DNA from: Candidatus Saccharimonadota bacterium
GTDB lineage: Bacteria; Patescibacteriota; Gracilibacteria; BD1-5; UBA6164
Reading direction: 5' to 3'
NCBI GenBank assembly: GCA_965227835.1
Contig: OZ245768.1
Span: forward strand, 660,001 to 692,000
DNA length: 32,000 nt
Each line of letters opens with the position of its first letter. The stretch's first letter is position 1. The notes below the pieces were generated by a model. It was not told the DNA's origin, did not search any database, and saw only the letters and a list, made by a program, of their open reading frames with translations. Position numbers and translations under genes: made by a program. This document shows positions 9,706 to 21,865 of this stretch, in pieces.

Positions 9706-10527
9706 ATGAAAGTTTCTATAATACTTCCTACTAGAAACAGTCAAAGGACAATAAAAAAATGCCTAGAATGAATAAAAAAACAAAGCTATAAGAATATAGA
9801 AACTATATTTGTAGACAATTATTCTTGTGATTGAACCTTTGAAATATGAGAACAATTTAAAAAACAAATAGATATAAAATTATTTAGAAAAGGACCTGAA
9901 AGAAATAAACAAAGACCTTATTGAGTACAAAAAGCTAACTGAGGTATATATATTTTTTTGGATGATGATATGTATATTCCAAAAGATTTAGTAGAGGAAG
10001 TAGTAAATATTATGGAAAAAAATAAAAGTATAGGTTCTTTGATAATTCCAGAAGAAAATATTGCTTATGATTGATTTTGGTCAAAAGTAAGGGCATTTGA
10101 AAAGACTTTTTATGATTGAGATGATGGTATAGAATCTCCTAGAGTATTTAGAAAAGAGGTTTATAAAAAAGTATGATGATATAACAAAAAATTAATCTCT
10201 GGAGAAGATTGGGACTTATCAAATAGAGTCAGAGAAATGTCAAAAATATCAAGAACTAAAAAAAAATTGCTACATGACGAATGAGACATAAGACTAATAG
10301 AGTTGATGAAGAAAAAATTTTATTATTGAGAAGAGTTTGTAAATTATACAAAGTACAATTCTTTTAAAAATACACTAAATAAACCATTTTTTATGAGAAA
10401 ATGTTTTTATACTAAATACAAAATGTATTTTAAAAAACCAATTTTAACTTTTTGACTTTTTACAATGTTAAAACTTACACTATTATCTTTTTGAGCTTGA
10501 TACATAAAATGAAAATTGAGAAAATAA
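9706..10527 (+). CDS. family 2 glycosyltransferase, 273 aa
   Basis: MKVSIILPTRNSQRTIKKCLEGIKKQSYKNIETIFVDNYSCDGT..YGVQKANGGIYIFLDDDM..GGYNKKLISGEDWDL (GT-A fold, DDD and ED motifs). Confidence 0.85.
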
Positions 10528-13500
10528 AATCTATATTTAAAAGTAAAATAAAAACAAATATCTTAGCTTTTTTTATATTTGTTTCTTTTTTGTTTTTATT
10601 TTTCCCTCTATTTAGAAGTGAATGAGTAATAGTTTTTTGAGACATAGATATATGATTTTATACTGATAATTATATAAAAAGAATACTTCCTTTATGGAAT
10701 GAAATTTGGTCAACCAGTAATTTTTTTAATTCCACAAGAATATTTTATGTAAGTTTTGTTTCTGTAATATCATTTATCTTTTCTTTTGATTCCTCATCAT
10801 TTCAAAAATTAATGATATTCACATTTTTGTTTTTAAGTTTTTTTGGAATGTATCTTTTTGTAAAACAAATACTTACATTTGAAAAATTTAGAAAAAATTT
10901 GGTATTGCCTGCATATTTCATTTTTATCATATCAATAATATCAGCACTTTTTTATGCCTTTAATCCTTGGAGTATAATAAGAATTCAACATATATTTTTA
11001 TTAGCTTGATATGCTCTTCTGCCATTTATATTTTTAAGTATTATATTTATAACAAATTTTGAAAGATTATATAGATATAAAATACCTTTTTATTATATAG
11101 TTATGATAGCTGTATTGTATGTCATATCTATTTGATCAATACACTATCTGATTTTTATTTTTCTTTTCATTTTTTCACGGTACATATACAACTTTTTTAT
11201 ATTTTTGCTCAACAAAAAATATGATAAACTTCTAAGATTTAATTATTTTTTCATACTTTTGGGGATTATAATAGCCTGACTCATATCTTATTTTACTATA
11301 CCCTATATACTATCAAATACTATTTATGAAATAAGTCCTAAAAATCTAAATACCATAGAAACAATAAATCTATTTTCTAGGTTTTCAAGTATAGACAAGA
11401 TACTTTATCTAACAAGCTATTGGTGGACAATGATAGATTTTTCAAGCTTTTGATTGTGATACAAAATTGGATGATTTCTAATAATAACAACTGTATTTTT
11501 ACCAAATTTATTTAACCTAAAAAATAAATATGTAAGTTTCTTTTTAGTATGGAGTATAATACTTTTAATACTTTCAAGCTGAACATATTACTGACTAGCT
11601 CCTTTTTATAAATGGCTTATATTTGATGCCCCTATAATATCAAAAGTAGGTTTTATATTGAGAGATCCAAACAAATTTGTATGACTTTTGGCTTTTTGTT
11701 ATTCTGTGCTTTGGGGACTAGGGCTAGCTTATTTTTTATCATCACTTTTCAAAATAAGAAGAAAAATAGAAAGTGAAAAAAACTTGATAGATACAAGCAA
11801 AAACTTAAATCTATGAAAAGTTAAAAATAGGTATTTTTTATTATCAAAATCAGTATATATATTTGCTGTTTTTTTCATATTAATATCTATTATATCCTAT
11901 AGTTTTTATATAAAACCATTTAAGCTAGTTTTTATAGACAATTTTTATTCTCCAGTAAAAATTCCTGATAATTATATTGAACTCATTGAATACCAGAAAA
12001 AAGATGAAGGAAAATGAAAGTATATTTATATGCCTAGATATGAATCTAAAATGTCTCCCTGATATGACTTTTCTATTGCTAAATGGAATACCAAAAAATA
12101 TGAAAACTCTTCCCAAAAAGCTATGTGATCAATAGATATAAACTCTAGCATAAAACCTACTTATCATCCATTAGAAGGTTCTATAAATTACCTTTCAATG
12201 TTTTATAACTATATAGATAGCTATCTAACAATGTGAATATGAAAAAATCTACACAAATATTTATATTTACTAAATATAGATAAACTCGTTTATCATAATG
12301 ACATATTATTTTTAGAACAAGAGCAAAAAATACAATTAGAAAATATAAAAAAACAAGACAACATTAAACTAGATAAAAACTTTTGATTTATTGATGTGTT
12401 TGATGTAGAGCAAAAAAGTAATTATATAAATGTATATGGTAATAATTTATTTCATTTTTGATGATTTAACAACCTAGAAACTATATTTTCTTTACCGGGT
12501 TATAACTACAAAAAGTTTGCTAATATATTTGTGCAACAAGATACAAAAATTAATAATTGGTCTAAATATGAAAAGCAAAGTGATTTGATAAATGTAAAAA
12601 ATAAACAAGATTTATTTACAAGCTATTTAGAAGATGATGAAATACTAGCTCCTTTTGATTACAACAATTATTATTCTCCTTTTGATAGATGGAGTATAAT
12701 GAGAACAGATATGAAAGATTTTAGATGGCATTTAAAACATTTATGAATAAAAAACTGGGGATGGGATTTTGATTTAAATAAATGATTTATATTTACCTAC
12801 TCACCAACAAGTATAGACATAGAACCTTATGAAGATATTTATGATAAATGAAAAGATATAATAAATTTTTGAGAAATAAAAGATATAAGCCAACTTCTAA
12901 AACCAGATAGTAAACTTATAAATATTTCTATTGAAAAAACTAAAAAATATGATTCTCTACCTTCAATAAAATGAGAAATATGGAAATGAGACTCAAAAAC
13001 TTGGAGAGTATGAATTATGAAGAACATAGAAGTAAAAGAAGCAAATCCATATTTTTTTGAGCTTTTAGTTTCAGGTAAATGAGTAAACAATATACATGGT
13101 AAAATTCACTTTTTAGACGAAGAACTAAACGAAATATGAAACAGTTATGTAAGTGCTCCTAAAAATTCAGAAAATTTTAAAGCTATAAAATTTAGATGAA
13201 ACTTTATTACTCCTATAAATACTAGATATATATCCTTTAAAATACTATCGCTTGAAAATCCAAAACAAGATACATATTGGTGGATACATGACATAAAGCT
13301 AAATGACTTAGAAGAGTATAAAAAAGATAATATCCAAAAGCTAGAATATGATTTTAAAGCCCCTGGTATTTATAATATTTATGCTAGAGTTTTTAAAAAT
13401 ACAAAATGATGAGAAATAGAGATTGATATATCTTGAAAGAAATATAATATAAAAACAAAAACAAATTCACTAAACAAATTTTCTTGGCAATATTTATGAA

Positions 13501-15197
13501 AATATGAAACACTTAGATCTTGAAAGAGACCTGTTGAAATTAAAAATATAGAAGGTTTTAACTGAGTTAATGTAATTTGATTTATGCCCGAAGAGAAATT
13601 AAAAGAAATAGAGAGAAATTATAATGAATCAAGCTTATTTAAATCCAAACAAATATCTTTATTTGAAGGAGAAAAGGATTTTAAAATAAACTGAAATGTT
13701 TTGTCCAACAATATAAATATCAATTTATCCAACTGAAAAAGTGCTAATGTATTTGATTGAAGTTTTTCTACAAATTTTAACATACTTAAAAAAGGAAATT
13801 ACAATATAGCCTTAAACTTAAATAAACTTAGAAGAGATCCTTTTTACTATGAAATAAATATTATAAAAAATTCCAATATTATTAAACAATTTAAAGCTAG
13901 AACTGATTCTCAAAAACTGGATGTAAATTTATGATATTTAGATATTTGAGAATATTTTCTTGAGATAATACTTCAAGACAAAGATGGTTCAGAGATAGAT
14001 GAGTGAGATTTACAAAGACTTGATTGGATAAATATAGAAAAAGATAAGGTAATACAACCACAAGATGAAACTGGGTGTAGTTATTATGAATGACTTTATA
14101 ATAATAAATCAAGATATATTAATTATTACAATAAAAAAAGAATAGAGCTTTATAGATGACTTTCTTGTTTTTGGTTAAACACATCTCACAAGAAAAAAAT
14201 AGAGGTAAAACCATGACAAGAGTATTTAATAAGTTATATTCTAGATAAATATGATACCAAAGATCTACATTCAAAATTAAAGTTTTATAATGATAAATGA
14301 GAAAATATAAAAGATATATTTTTGTTTAATCACGAAGAATTTAGTGATGGTAAGAGAAGAAAATTTGAGAAAATAATAACTATACCAAACAAAGTTAGCT
14401 ATTTCAAGATACATTTTTTACAAAAACAACTTCAAGAATTTTATAAAAGATCTGTTGTTGAAATAAGTGATTTAAATGTTAGAAATTATGATGAAATGCC
14501 TGGGCTAGATTCAGCTATTTTATATGATAAGGATTCCAATCTATTTAGTAACAATAACTATTGAATAAAAATAGATGTTTATGATAACAAGAAATTTTCT
14601 AAAAAGATAAATTTAAGAAAAGATTCTGCCAATATAAAGATAAAACTAGAACCTTTACTTTGAGTAAACAAGACAAAAATAAACAGTATAGAGATAGAAA
14701 ATTCTTCTATAGCTTATACTTGAGATATAACTGATCTTTTAAGTACAAACAGAGAGTTAAATATAGTTAGTTATTCTCTATCTCCATATTCACTTTTATT
14801 GAAAGATGATAAAAATAGATTATCAACTATTTATTTTACAGATACTTTTAAATCAGGGGATGATTTTTTAAGATTTTTTCTAATAGAAAATTTAGGCTTT
14901 CTCGAAGAAAAAAAAGAAGAAAAGCTGAAATCTATTTTGGATATTGATTGAAAAACTTTACAGTTGAATGAGACTTTTACAAAGTTTTGGCAAGTTAATA
15001 AAGGGGATATTTATATAGAACCTGTTATAATAAATTTGGTTTCAAATGGTTATATATTGAAAAATTCTTTAGGAGATGAGTTTGAAATAGCTTATGTTCC
15101 TAAAAAATATGTAATAATATGATATGTTATATCTATTTGATTATTTCTTGTTTTTGTAACGGTTGCTATACTTAGGAAAAGAAAAAAAGAAATTTAA
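10509..15197 (+). CDS. giant polytopic membrane / surface protein, 1562 aa; possible GT-C-type glycosyltransferase with a large extracytoplasmic domain and a C-terminal TM anchor
   Basis: The single frame links track ORFs 10812.., 12531.. and 14322.. (all the same frame) through many TGA with no TAA/TAG. The N-terminal roughly 480 aa contain many hydrophobic segments. The C-terminus [29 protein letters not shown] is TM-like. The ATG overlaps the GT2 3' end by 19 nt. The GT-C call is inference from architecture and context. Confidence 0.6.
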
Positions 15198-16732
15198 ACC
15201 ATAAAATGGTCAAAAATTCTTGAGACTAATTTTTTTCTGCAATGATATTTAAGGTTTTCTTCATTTTCGTATCTTTTTATTGTTCATTTTGATTTAGCTA
15301 TTACTTCTCATTTGTATATCAAACTTATAGAATAGTTTGATTCAGTTTTTTTTGTTTTTACTCTAAAAATATTTTTCTCTCAAATAATTATTTTTGTTTG
15401 GTTTAAAATGTTTAAAAAACCCTTTGGTGAAAGTACTTTGTCTTCTAATATTCTTTTTCTTATCAATTTTTTTAAATCTTCATCTTTTCATAAAAGAATT
15501 ATTCCCACAGCCCATGTCCAAAATCAAGGTACACCATCAACTACAAGTTCCATTATAGATTTTTTTATAGAACTAGGGAGTTTTAATGACCTATTGCTAG
15601 ATTTTCTTATAAAAGACTTCATATCATATACTTCTATTTTTCTTCAAAGCCTTCTTTCTGTTTTTCTGATAAAATCTTTTCATTTATTATCTATATCAAT
15701 TTGTGTACCTAGAGTTTCAATTTTCCACCTAGTATTGTTTGAATGAGTTGCTATAAATTTATTATCATTTTTAGAGTAAGGTAATTCTTCTCATCTATGT
15801 AAAGCTTTTATGGTTCTGTGTATAACTATATCCACATATCTTCTAATAGGTGAAGTGAAATGAGTATAGTTTTTCATTGATAATCATTTATGAAAACTAT
15901 TAGGGTAGTGATTATAATAACTTTGTTCTTCCAAACTATCGTGTCTTTTTAATATAACAGGTACTTTTTTATCCACCAAGTACTGACCTGCTGTAACGTT
16001 TGCAAGTACCATAAAGGATTCTATAATATCATGAGATATTTTTTTGGGTATAGAGGAATTAGTATCTTTTATGGCTTTTTCTCAAATATAAAGTCTTCTA
16101 CTACCATCATCCCAGTTAAGTATTCAACCTTTACTTAATCTTTTCATTCTTAGTATATCTGATATTTCTTTTAGAGTTTGTAGCTGTTCATAATTTATGG
16201 ATTCAGGATTTACAAAATCGTATCAAAATGATTCATAGTCATATCTTTTTATATTTTCAAATCTACTTTCATAAAATAGATAGTTTTTTATATTTCCTTC
16301 ATTGTCTAAATCTATTTGTAGTGATATAGTTAGTTTTTTTCATCATTCAGGAGTAAGGGATAGTATATTATTAGATAGTTCTCTTGGTAACATATTTATT
16401 ATATGATCTTTTCTATATATGCTTGTGGTTCTATGTAGTGCCTCTATATCAAGGGGAGAAAATATTGATATAGCTTCACTTACATCTGATATATGTATCC
16501 AAACACAATATCAGCTAGATGTTTTTTCTCACCATATTGCATCATCTAAATCTATAGAATTTATTCAATCAATTGTTATTGCTCCAACTTCTTTTCTTGA
16601 TATGGCTCTATCATAAATACCATTTTCAATTATTTTATGTACTTGTTTTATAGCTTCTTCACTATAATCTGTTTGTATATATGTTTCGTTAAAAACATCG
16701 GGAGATATATGTTTTTCAAGTTTTGAATTCAT
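15194..16732 (-). CDS. RNB-domain 3'-5' exoribonuclease (RNase II/R family), 512 aa
   Basis: ..[74 protein letters not shown].. ATG 16732. The TAA at 15194-15196 overlaps the stop of the convergent giant gene (15195-15197). Confidence 0.85.
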
Positions 16733-16940
16733 ATACTAAATTAATAATTTATTTTTAGTAACTATTTATAACAATAAAATGTTTTTTGTAAAATATAAAG
16801 TAAAAAAATCAAAGTGAAAAAACTCATATATTTAATTATTTCAAGAATATATCCAAACTAAACTCTCCATATTTTTTACATTTATATTAATTTATGTTAA
16901 AATTGTAATATATATTTAACTTATGCTATAAATTCTATAA

Positions 16941-19900
16941 ATGGTTGAAAAAAGAGAAATAGGTGGAGGTTCTATTGAGTCAAATTCAAGCAATAGAGTT
17001 GACACTTCAGTTAAAAGCCATGTAGAAGGTATTTTATGAAATAAAAACGAAATAAATACTTGTCTTACAAGTTATAGATTAAATCAAAATTTAAATAAAA
17101 AAAACTTTGATTTGATTTTTGATTCATTTTTAGAAAAAGCAAAAAGTGATGATAATTTTGCAGAAAATATAGTCCCAGCATTAATAAATACCTGAAATAT
17201 ATCAGAAGAAAAACTGAACTCTAGCTTTGATTTAATCTTAAGAGAATCAAAAAATAGAGATAGTTGGTCAAGATATATATTTCCAGTATTAATAAAAACC
17301 TGAAAGATATCAGAGGATAAATTAAACTCTAATTTTGAGTCAGTTCTACAAGAAGCAAAGCATAATACATATTTAGCAATATATGTAGTACCAGAATTAA
17401 TAAATACATGAAGAATATCGGAAGAAAAATTAAGATTTTTAGATAATTTTTTTGATTTTGCTTTAAAAGAAGCAAGAACTAATCAGGACTTTGCAATATA
17501 TATAATTCCAGCACTAATAAATACCTGAAAGATACCAGAAGAAAAGTTAAACTCTATTTTTGAATCATCTTTAGAAGAAGCAAAAGATAATGAAGACTGG
17601 GCAAAATATATAATTCCACTTTTAATAAATACCTGAAAAATATCAGAAGAGAAATTGAATTCTATTTTTGAATCATCTTTAGAAGAAGCAAAAACAGATT
17701 ATTACTGGACAATCTATATAGTTCCAGTATTAATAAATACATGAAAGATATCAGAAGATAAATTAAACTCTATTTTTGATACAGCTTTAGAAGAAACAAA
17801 AGTTAATGAAAATTGGTCAGAATATATAATTCCAGAACTATTAAATACCTGAAAAATATCGGAAGAAAAACTGAACTCTAGCTTTGATTTAATTTTTAGA
17901 GAATCAAAAAATAGAGGTAGTTGTTCAAAATATATATTTCCAGCACTGATAAAAACCTGAAAGATATCAGAAGATAAATTAAACTCTATTTTTGAATCAT
18001 CTTTAAAAGAAGCAAAAATTAATGAAAATTGGGCAGAATATATAATTCCAGAACTAATAAAAACATGAAAGATATCAGAAGATAAATTAAACTCTATTTT
18101 TGAGTCATCTTTAAAAGAAGCAAAAATTAATGAAAATTGGGCAGAATATATAATTCCAGAACTAATAAAAGCCTTAAAGATATCAGAAGAAAAATTAGAA
18201 CTTCTAGATGATTTTTTTGATTTTATTTTAGAAGAAGCAAAAAGTAACGACGTTTGTGCACGATATGTATTTCTACCACTATTAAATACCTGAAAGATTC
18301 CAGAAAAAAAATTAAAACTTATAGATGGTTTTTTTAGCTTAGCTTTAGAAAAAGCAAAAAATGATTACTTTCGGAGAGAATATATAATTCCACTTTTATT
18401 AAATACCTGAAAGATATCAGAAGAAAAACTGAATTCTATTTTTGAATCGTCTTTAGAAGAAGCAAAGGATAATGAAGATTGGACAGAACATATTGCTCTA
18501 GCATTAATAAATACTTGAAAGATATCAAAAGAGAAATTGAACTCTGTTTTTGAATTATCTTTAGAAGAAGCAAAAACAAATTATTTTTGGGCAGAATATA
18601 TAGTTCCAGCATTGATAAATACATGAAAAATATCAGAAGAAAAATTAAAACTTCTAGATGATTTTTTTGACTTTATTTTAGAAGAAGCAAAAGTTAATGG
18701 TGATTTAGCAGAATATGTAATTCCAGAATTAATAAATACTTGAAAAATATCAGAGGAAAAATTAAAACTTCTAGATGATTTTTTCTATTTAGTTCTAGAA
18801 AATACAGTAACATATGATGATTACCAATCAACACATGCAATATTAGCATTACTAAAAACCTGAAAAGTATTAAATTTTACAATACTAGAACACGATGAAG
18901 AATTTTTATTAAACTATAAAAGAAATAACGAACTATTTGACTCAATATTTAATAAATTAAATCAAAACTTCAAAATACTAACATTTCTAAACAAGAATTT
19001 TCTAAATTTAGAAATCCTTGAAAAAGTAAATAAATTCTTAGAAAAATATCAAGTTAATACAGATATATTTTGAGAAAACATAGAAAAAATTCTACAAAAC
19101 GAAAATGGAATGGAAATATGATATTTTTTAGAATGTATAAAAAAAGAAGAAAATCTTCCTGAAAACTATCCAATAAATACAACCAATTTCACAAACTACA
19201 TAAAAGAAGAAAATGAAGTAATATTTAGCTTTGAAAAAGATGAATGATTAACCTGAGAAACTAAACCCTGGACAAAGAAATGGTTTTTAGAAAATACAGA
19301 AAGAAAAAATTACTTAAAAAAAGAAAATTACAAAACCATAAAGAAATTTGGAACAATAATCTGAATATGGTTACTATGATGATGTAAAGATAAAAAAAGT
19401 CTAGAAAAATTCTATAAATACATATTCTCATCAATAAACATAAAAAAATCAAGAACAAGCCTACTACAGCTATGAGAAATATTTAATCTAATCCTAAGAA
19501 AAGAAGATTACAGTTTACTAGATGAACTAGTATGAAACAAAGTGGAAATATGAAAATGCTTTAAAAACTTTGTAGAGCAATACAAAATCTCAGATAAATG
19601 AAAAACCATACTAACACTATTAATAACAAGAGAAATAAGAGATAGTTACCAAATATTTAATAACAAAAACTGAGACCAACAAATAGACTACACAAGTATA
19701 GAACGTTTATTATTATCAGTCTATAAAAAGCTAGAAAAATATAAAAAAGTAATAGAAATATACAAAAACATACCAGTAAAAACATCTATATGAATAGAAA
19801 TAGAAGTAACACAAAGTATATCAGAAGCATACAAAGAATTAAATCAAAGTGACTATAAAAATGATATAGAAATAATATCAGACTATAGCTGAATATCATC

Positions 19901-21221
19901 ATGAAACGATGCAGTACATGAAATATGTACAAAACCAACAGATAACCCATATTTACTAATACTAGAAATACAACTACTCCAAGACCTAGACTTCCTAGAC
20001 CTAAACTTCAAAAAAGAGTGATATGACAAATGATCTAGATGATTACACATAACAATATGATGAGAAAAAGTAGAAATGGATGAAGAAAGTAATTTCATAC
20101 AAAACATACTATCATTATCAAATATATGAAGTGTAAACTCATGAGAAGAAATAAATAAAGTTAATTATTATTGGAGTATAAGATGAAAAGGAGGTTTAGA
20201 AGATATATATTGAAATATGAACTGAGTAGAATTTAGGAGTTTGAGTATAGATAAATTTGAACAATTTGAGAGGATGATAATATCTACATTTAATCTATTT
20301 ATGTTGAAACAGTTATCTAGTATTAAAGAGATAAATAAATGAAAAGAAAACTGAATATTATTAAAATTAAAAAGACTATTAAGTAAGCAAACAAAAATTA
20401 AAAATCTAAAAAAACTACAAACTCACTTTAAAGAATTAAAAACAAAAATAAAAAGAACTATAGAAAACCACAATAAATATTTTTTAAGGAATGAAAGCTT
20501 AAATGAATGATTAGATAAAAATATAGAAAACCTATTAAAATTATTTATAAGTACCTGACCTGTAATAGAACTAATAAACAAACTAAACTTAAGTATTTGA
20601 TATCTAAGAAGTATATGAGACACAGAAATAAAAACCCAAGAAGAATTTGAACAAAGATTAAATAAAGACTGAAAAGATATATATAGTTTATGAGAGAAAC
20701 AAAGAAAAATACTTTATATGAACTACAAAATAAGAATAAAACCAAACTTAGAAAAGATAAGGAAAAAAGATGAAGAACTATATAACAATATATGAAAATA
20801 TTTAAATTGAAATTTAGATGAGACACTAAGGAAACTAACAAATAGATCTAGATTTTTAGAAGTATGTTTATGAGATGAAAAGAAACTACTAGATTATATA
20901 GAAAGTATAAAAATAGAACCAGAATATATGTATGAGAAAATGGATGAAGATTTATCAAATAAATTTATTAGGATAAATAATCTTTTTATAAAGAAAGATT
21001 CAGTTAATGCTATATGAATGTTAACAACAACTAAAGAAGAGGATTGAGTACTTGTTGATTTATTACAAACAGAGCTTAGTATATATGACAAGCTAGATAG
21101 ATGAATTGAGCCTAGAAAATGATATAATGTTATCCAGTGAGCTAGTGAAGATATGCTTGTACATAGTGTTGCAAGAGAAATTCTTGAATGTAATAGATTG
21201 GTTTTAGAGTATTTGAATTAG
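16941..21221 (+). CDS. giant repeat protein, 1426 aa: 16 tandem 36/39-aa helical repeats, then a linker, an amidoligase-like (GS/GCS2-fold) region and a C-terminal helical region
   Basis: ATG 16941 to TAG 21219-21221, with no TAA/TAG in frame. Candidate ligase motifs at about 19780-20320: IGIEIEV, SGNDAVHEICTKP, SRGLHITIGG, GVEFRSLS. Confidence 0.7.
17094..18863 (+). repeat. in-frame tandem repeat array, 16 units of 108 nt (11 units), 117 nt (4 units) or 120 nt (last unit)
   Basis: Consensus KISEEKLNSIFESSLEEAKxNxxWAEYIIPxLINTG. The invariant Gly is TGA in 15 of 16 units (17193, 17301, 17409, 17526, 17634, 17742, 17850, 17958, 18066, [TTA 18174], 18291, 18408, 18516, 18624, 18741, 18861). 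Confidence 0.9.
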
Positions 21222-21457
21222 AGTGAATAAAAATATTTAGTAAAATTAAAATATTTTTAATTTTGTAAGAATAATTTTTCGACTGTTTTTTCTTGCAAAT
21301 AAAATCTAAAATTATAATATATAAAAAAGAGATTAATAGCTCTTATATAATAATAAAAGTGAAGAAATATTTTACCGAAAGTGCCTTTATTTTTATTTAT
21401 ATAAAAGCATTTCTTCAGCTTTTTCTAAAAACTTTTTATATAATAAATTAAAAAAAT

Positions 21458-21766
21458 ATGGAATTAAAGGTGCAAATAAAGCTCAGTGATAATATAGAAC
21501 ATGATAAAGAAGTTGTTGAAAGACTTGTAAAGTTGAATTTAGATAACAAGGTGAGTTGATATTTAAAAAAATATGAAGATAAAAATGATGCAGAAGGTTT
21601 AATTGAATTAAAACTAGATAAAAATAAGAAAGATTTGTTTGATTGAAAACTAATTGTTAATTTAGATAGGGACGACTATATTTATGAAAGAGAAGATTAT
21701 CAAAATTTAGATGCCCTAATAAATAATTTATTCAAACATTTAAAAGAAGAATTAAGTTCTAAATAA
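21458..21766 (+). CDS. hpf: ribosome hibernation promoting factor / RaiA-family protein, 102 aa
   Basis: MELKVQIKLSDNIEHDKEVVERLVKL..GYLKKY..GLIELKLDKNKKDLFDGKLIVNL..YEREDYQNLDALINNLFKHLKEEL. Pattern and size fit HPF/YfiA. Judged by eye only. Confidence 0.55.
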
Positions 21767-21816
21767 TAAGGGAGTATTTAAGAAACTTGGGAATCTTTAT
21801 TTTCATAAATATTAAA

Positions 21817-21856
21817 CTAATAGCTCTGTGGCTAGCCACAGAGCTATTAGTTTTTT
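21817..21856. terminator. strong bidirectional intrinsic terminator
   Basis: CTAATAGCTCTGTGGC-TA-GCCACAGAGCTATTAG followed by T6. It lies between the convergent hpf (stop 21766) and the solute-binding protein gene (stop 21866). Confidence 0.8.
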
Positions 21857-21865
21857 AGATATAAT

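Noticed and set aside
15408-15746. Track ORFs 15408..15746 and 16419..16616 (+).
   Set aside because: Both are antisense to the RNB exoribonuclease gene, whose motifs are unambiguous on the minus strand.
17094-18863. The tandem 108/117-nt repeats could be a CRISPR array or a non-coding satellite.
   Set aside because: The period is a multiple of 3 and in frame with a 4.3-kb ORF. The units are contiguous with no unique spacers, they encode a coherent helical motif, and there are no cas genes nearby.
18436-21091. Several minus-strand track ORFs (18436.., 19261.., 19883.., 20423.., 20545.., 20894..).
   Set aside because: All lie antisense within the continuous 1426-codon plus-strand frame. None has a start context or any recognisable motif.
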